A stretch of 45,140 bases of DNA from Emiliania huxleyi CCMP1516 (Eukaryota). Below, in pieces: positions 43,400 to 45,140 of this stretch (positions are counted from its first letter, which is position 1; the number at the start of each line of letters is the position of its first letter). Under the pieces are notes generated by a model that worked only from the letters and a program-made list of their open reading frames with translations, made no database searches and was not told the origin of the DNA. The stretch covers positions 74,093 to 119,232 of the forward strand of contig NW_005201298.1 of NCBI RefSeq assembly GCF_000372725.1, written 5' to 3'. Position numbers and translations under genes: made by a program.

Positions 43400-45140
43400 N
43401 NNNNNNNNNNNNNNNNNNNNNNNNNNNNNNNNNNNNNNNNNNNNNNNNNNNNNNNNNNNNNNNNNNNNNNNNNNNNNNNNNNNNNNNNNNNNNNNNNNNN
43501 NNNNNNNNNNNNNNNNNNNNNNNNNNNNNNNNNNNNNNNNNNNNNNNNNNNNNNNNNNNNNNNNNNNNNNNNNNNNNNNNNNNNNNNNNNNNNNNNNNNN
43601 NNNNNNNNNNNNNNNNNNNNNNNNNNNNNNNNNNNNNNNNNNNNNNNNNNNNNNNNNNNNNNNNNNNNNNNNNNNNNNNNNNNNNNNNNNNNNNNNNNNN
43701 NNNNNNNNNNNNNNNNNNNNNNNNNNNNNNNNNNNNNNNNNNNNNNNNNNNNNNNNNNNNNNNNNNNNNNNNNNNNNNNNNNNNNNNNNNNNNNNNNNNN
43801 NNNNNNNNNNNNNNNNNNNNNNNNNNNNNNNNNNNNNNNNNNNNNNNNNNNNNNNNNNNNNNNNNNNNNNNNNNNNNNNNNNNNNNNNNNNNNNNNNNNN
43901 NNNNNNNNNNNNNNNNNNNNNNNNNNNNNNNNNNNNNNNNGGTTCCTCCCGTCGCCTCTTCTTTGTTCGAATGTTTTTCAATCCATCCTTCACGAAGCCC
44001 TCCCATGTAGCTAGCGTTCTTGGCGAATGTCTCGAAATGGCCAGCAGGCGCTGTCTGCTCGCGGTCTGTGCGGGCCGCTCGTCCTCCTCGCCCTTCTTTC
44101 GTCCTCCCGTCCCTCCCCTCCACCATGGCCTTCTCGGCACTTCTTTCTCCATCCGCCTCGCCCTGCCTTTTCGCATCGTGCCGTTCGCCCTCCATTCGGT
44201 GACCTCCATGGCTGTCCGCCCCTTTTTGGGTGGCGCTCTCGATACGGTTGCGTCAACCTCGACGTCGCTGTCGCCCTCCCCGTCCCCGCCGGCGTCCGTG
44301 CCTCGGTTCGCGTCATCGGTAGCGTCTCCGTTGTTCCCTCGTGCCCCGCCGTCGCCCTCTCTGCTCGGGCCGTTAGCGATTTCGCTCCTCCTGCGTGTCG
44401 CCCCTCCGTCCCCTCCCCTTTCTTCGTCGTCATCGTCGCTGTCGCGAAAGCCCTCCGGTCCCTCGATTCCCTCGCCTATCCCCTCCGCTAATCCTGAGCA
44501 ACAATAAGCGACTGTACCACGGAGCACAGAGCGCAGCAGACAGGACGGCGGCGACGGCGGACATGGCAGAGACGAGTGTGAAACAAAGGGCGGCGGGCGT
44601 GGAGGGCGGTAGCGACGGGGATGGAGACGGTGACGGTGGCGAGGGAGAGGAAGGGGGTCCATTAACACCAGACAGCGAGAGGGGCAGGGAGGAAAGGGGG
44701 AGAGAGGAAGCCAACGCGACGTGCGCAGAGGATGAGGATATAAACTGGGACGACGCAGCGGAGGGGATTGAAGAATTTGATGGGCCTATCGGTGTTCTCG
44801 AGGTTCGTTATACCATCCCATCCCTCCCTTGGGTTGTCTGTTTTCTTTCTTTCTTTCTAGGTTCGTTATACCAAAAAGAGGGCTCGAGGTTCTCGAGGTG
44901 GATATCCTTTGGCCCTATCGGTGTGTATGAGTGTGTGTCTTGTCTTGTGGTTCTGTGTGTGTCGCTCCTGTGTGACCGTCATCGCCCGTTCTGCGTCCAC
45001 CCATACCGCGTTGGTGTCCCATCGCGCCGATCACATCAGCGGACCGACGGTGCGTCTGGACGCGCACTTTGCACTCCGGGTCCCAGACAGAGGCATCTCT
45101 CAAAGTGTCGCCGCATGGCCTCATCGGCCAGTCGTTCACC

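Overview
GC-rich eukaryotic genomic DNA with assembly gaps. Its intron style (many GC donors, 10-11 bp intronic tandem repeats) points to a haptophyte alga such as Emiliania/Gephyrocapsa; this is an inference. Genes that could be spliced by hand: the 3' part of eIF5B, an alkaline ceramidase, a tandem-BRCT/GNAT protein, an FHA-PARP-UIM protein, a His4-like HisI-HisE enzyme lacking HisD, NDUFB3, a 2OG-Fe(II) oxygenase-like protein and a single-pass receptor-like protein with a HET-like cytoplasmic domain. Mobile DNA includes a copia RNase H/LTR remnant and a 1161 bp hAT-type element with TIRs and an 8 bp TSD. The most striking signal is intron architecture. Most introns begin with a copy of the start of the next exon, which would account for the GC and GA donors. 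Two introns are head-to-tail arrays of complete GC..AG intron units (34 x 67 bp and 6 x 72 bp). One homologous ~180-250 bp element (CCTAGAAGC...) forms introns at four unrelated sites, as an introner would. All gene models are manual and lack transcript support.
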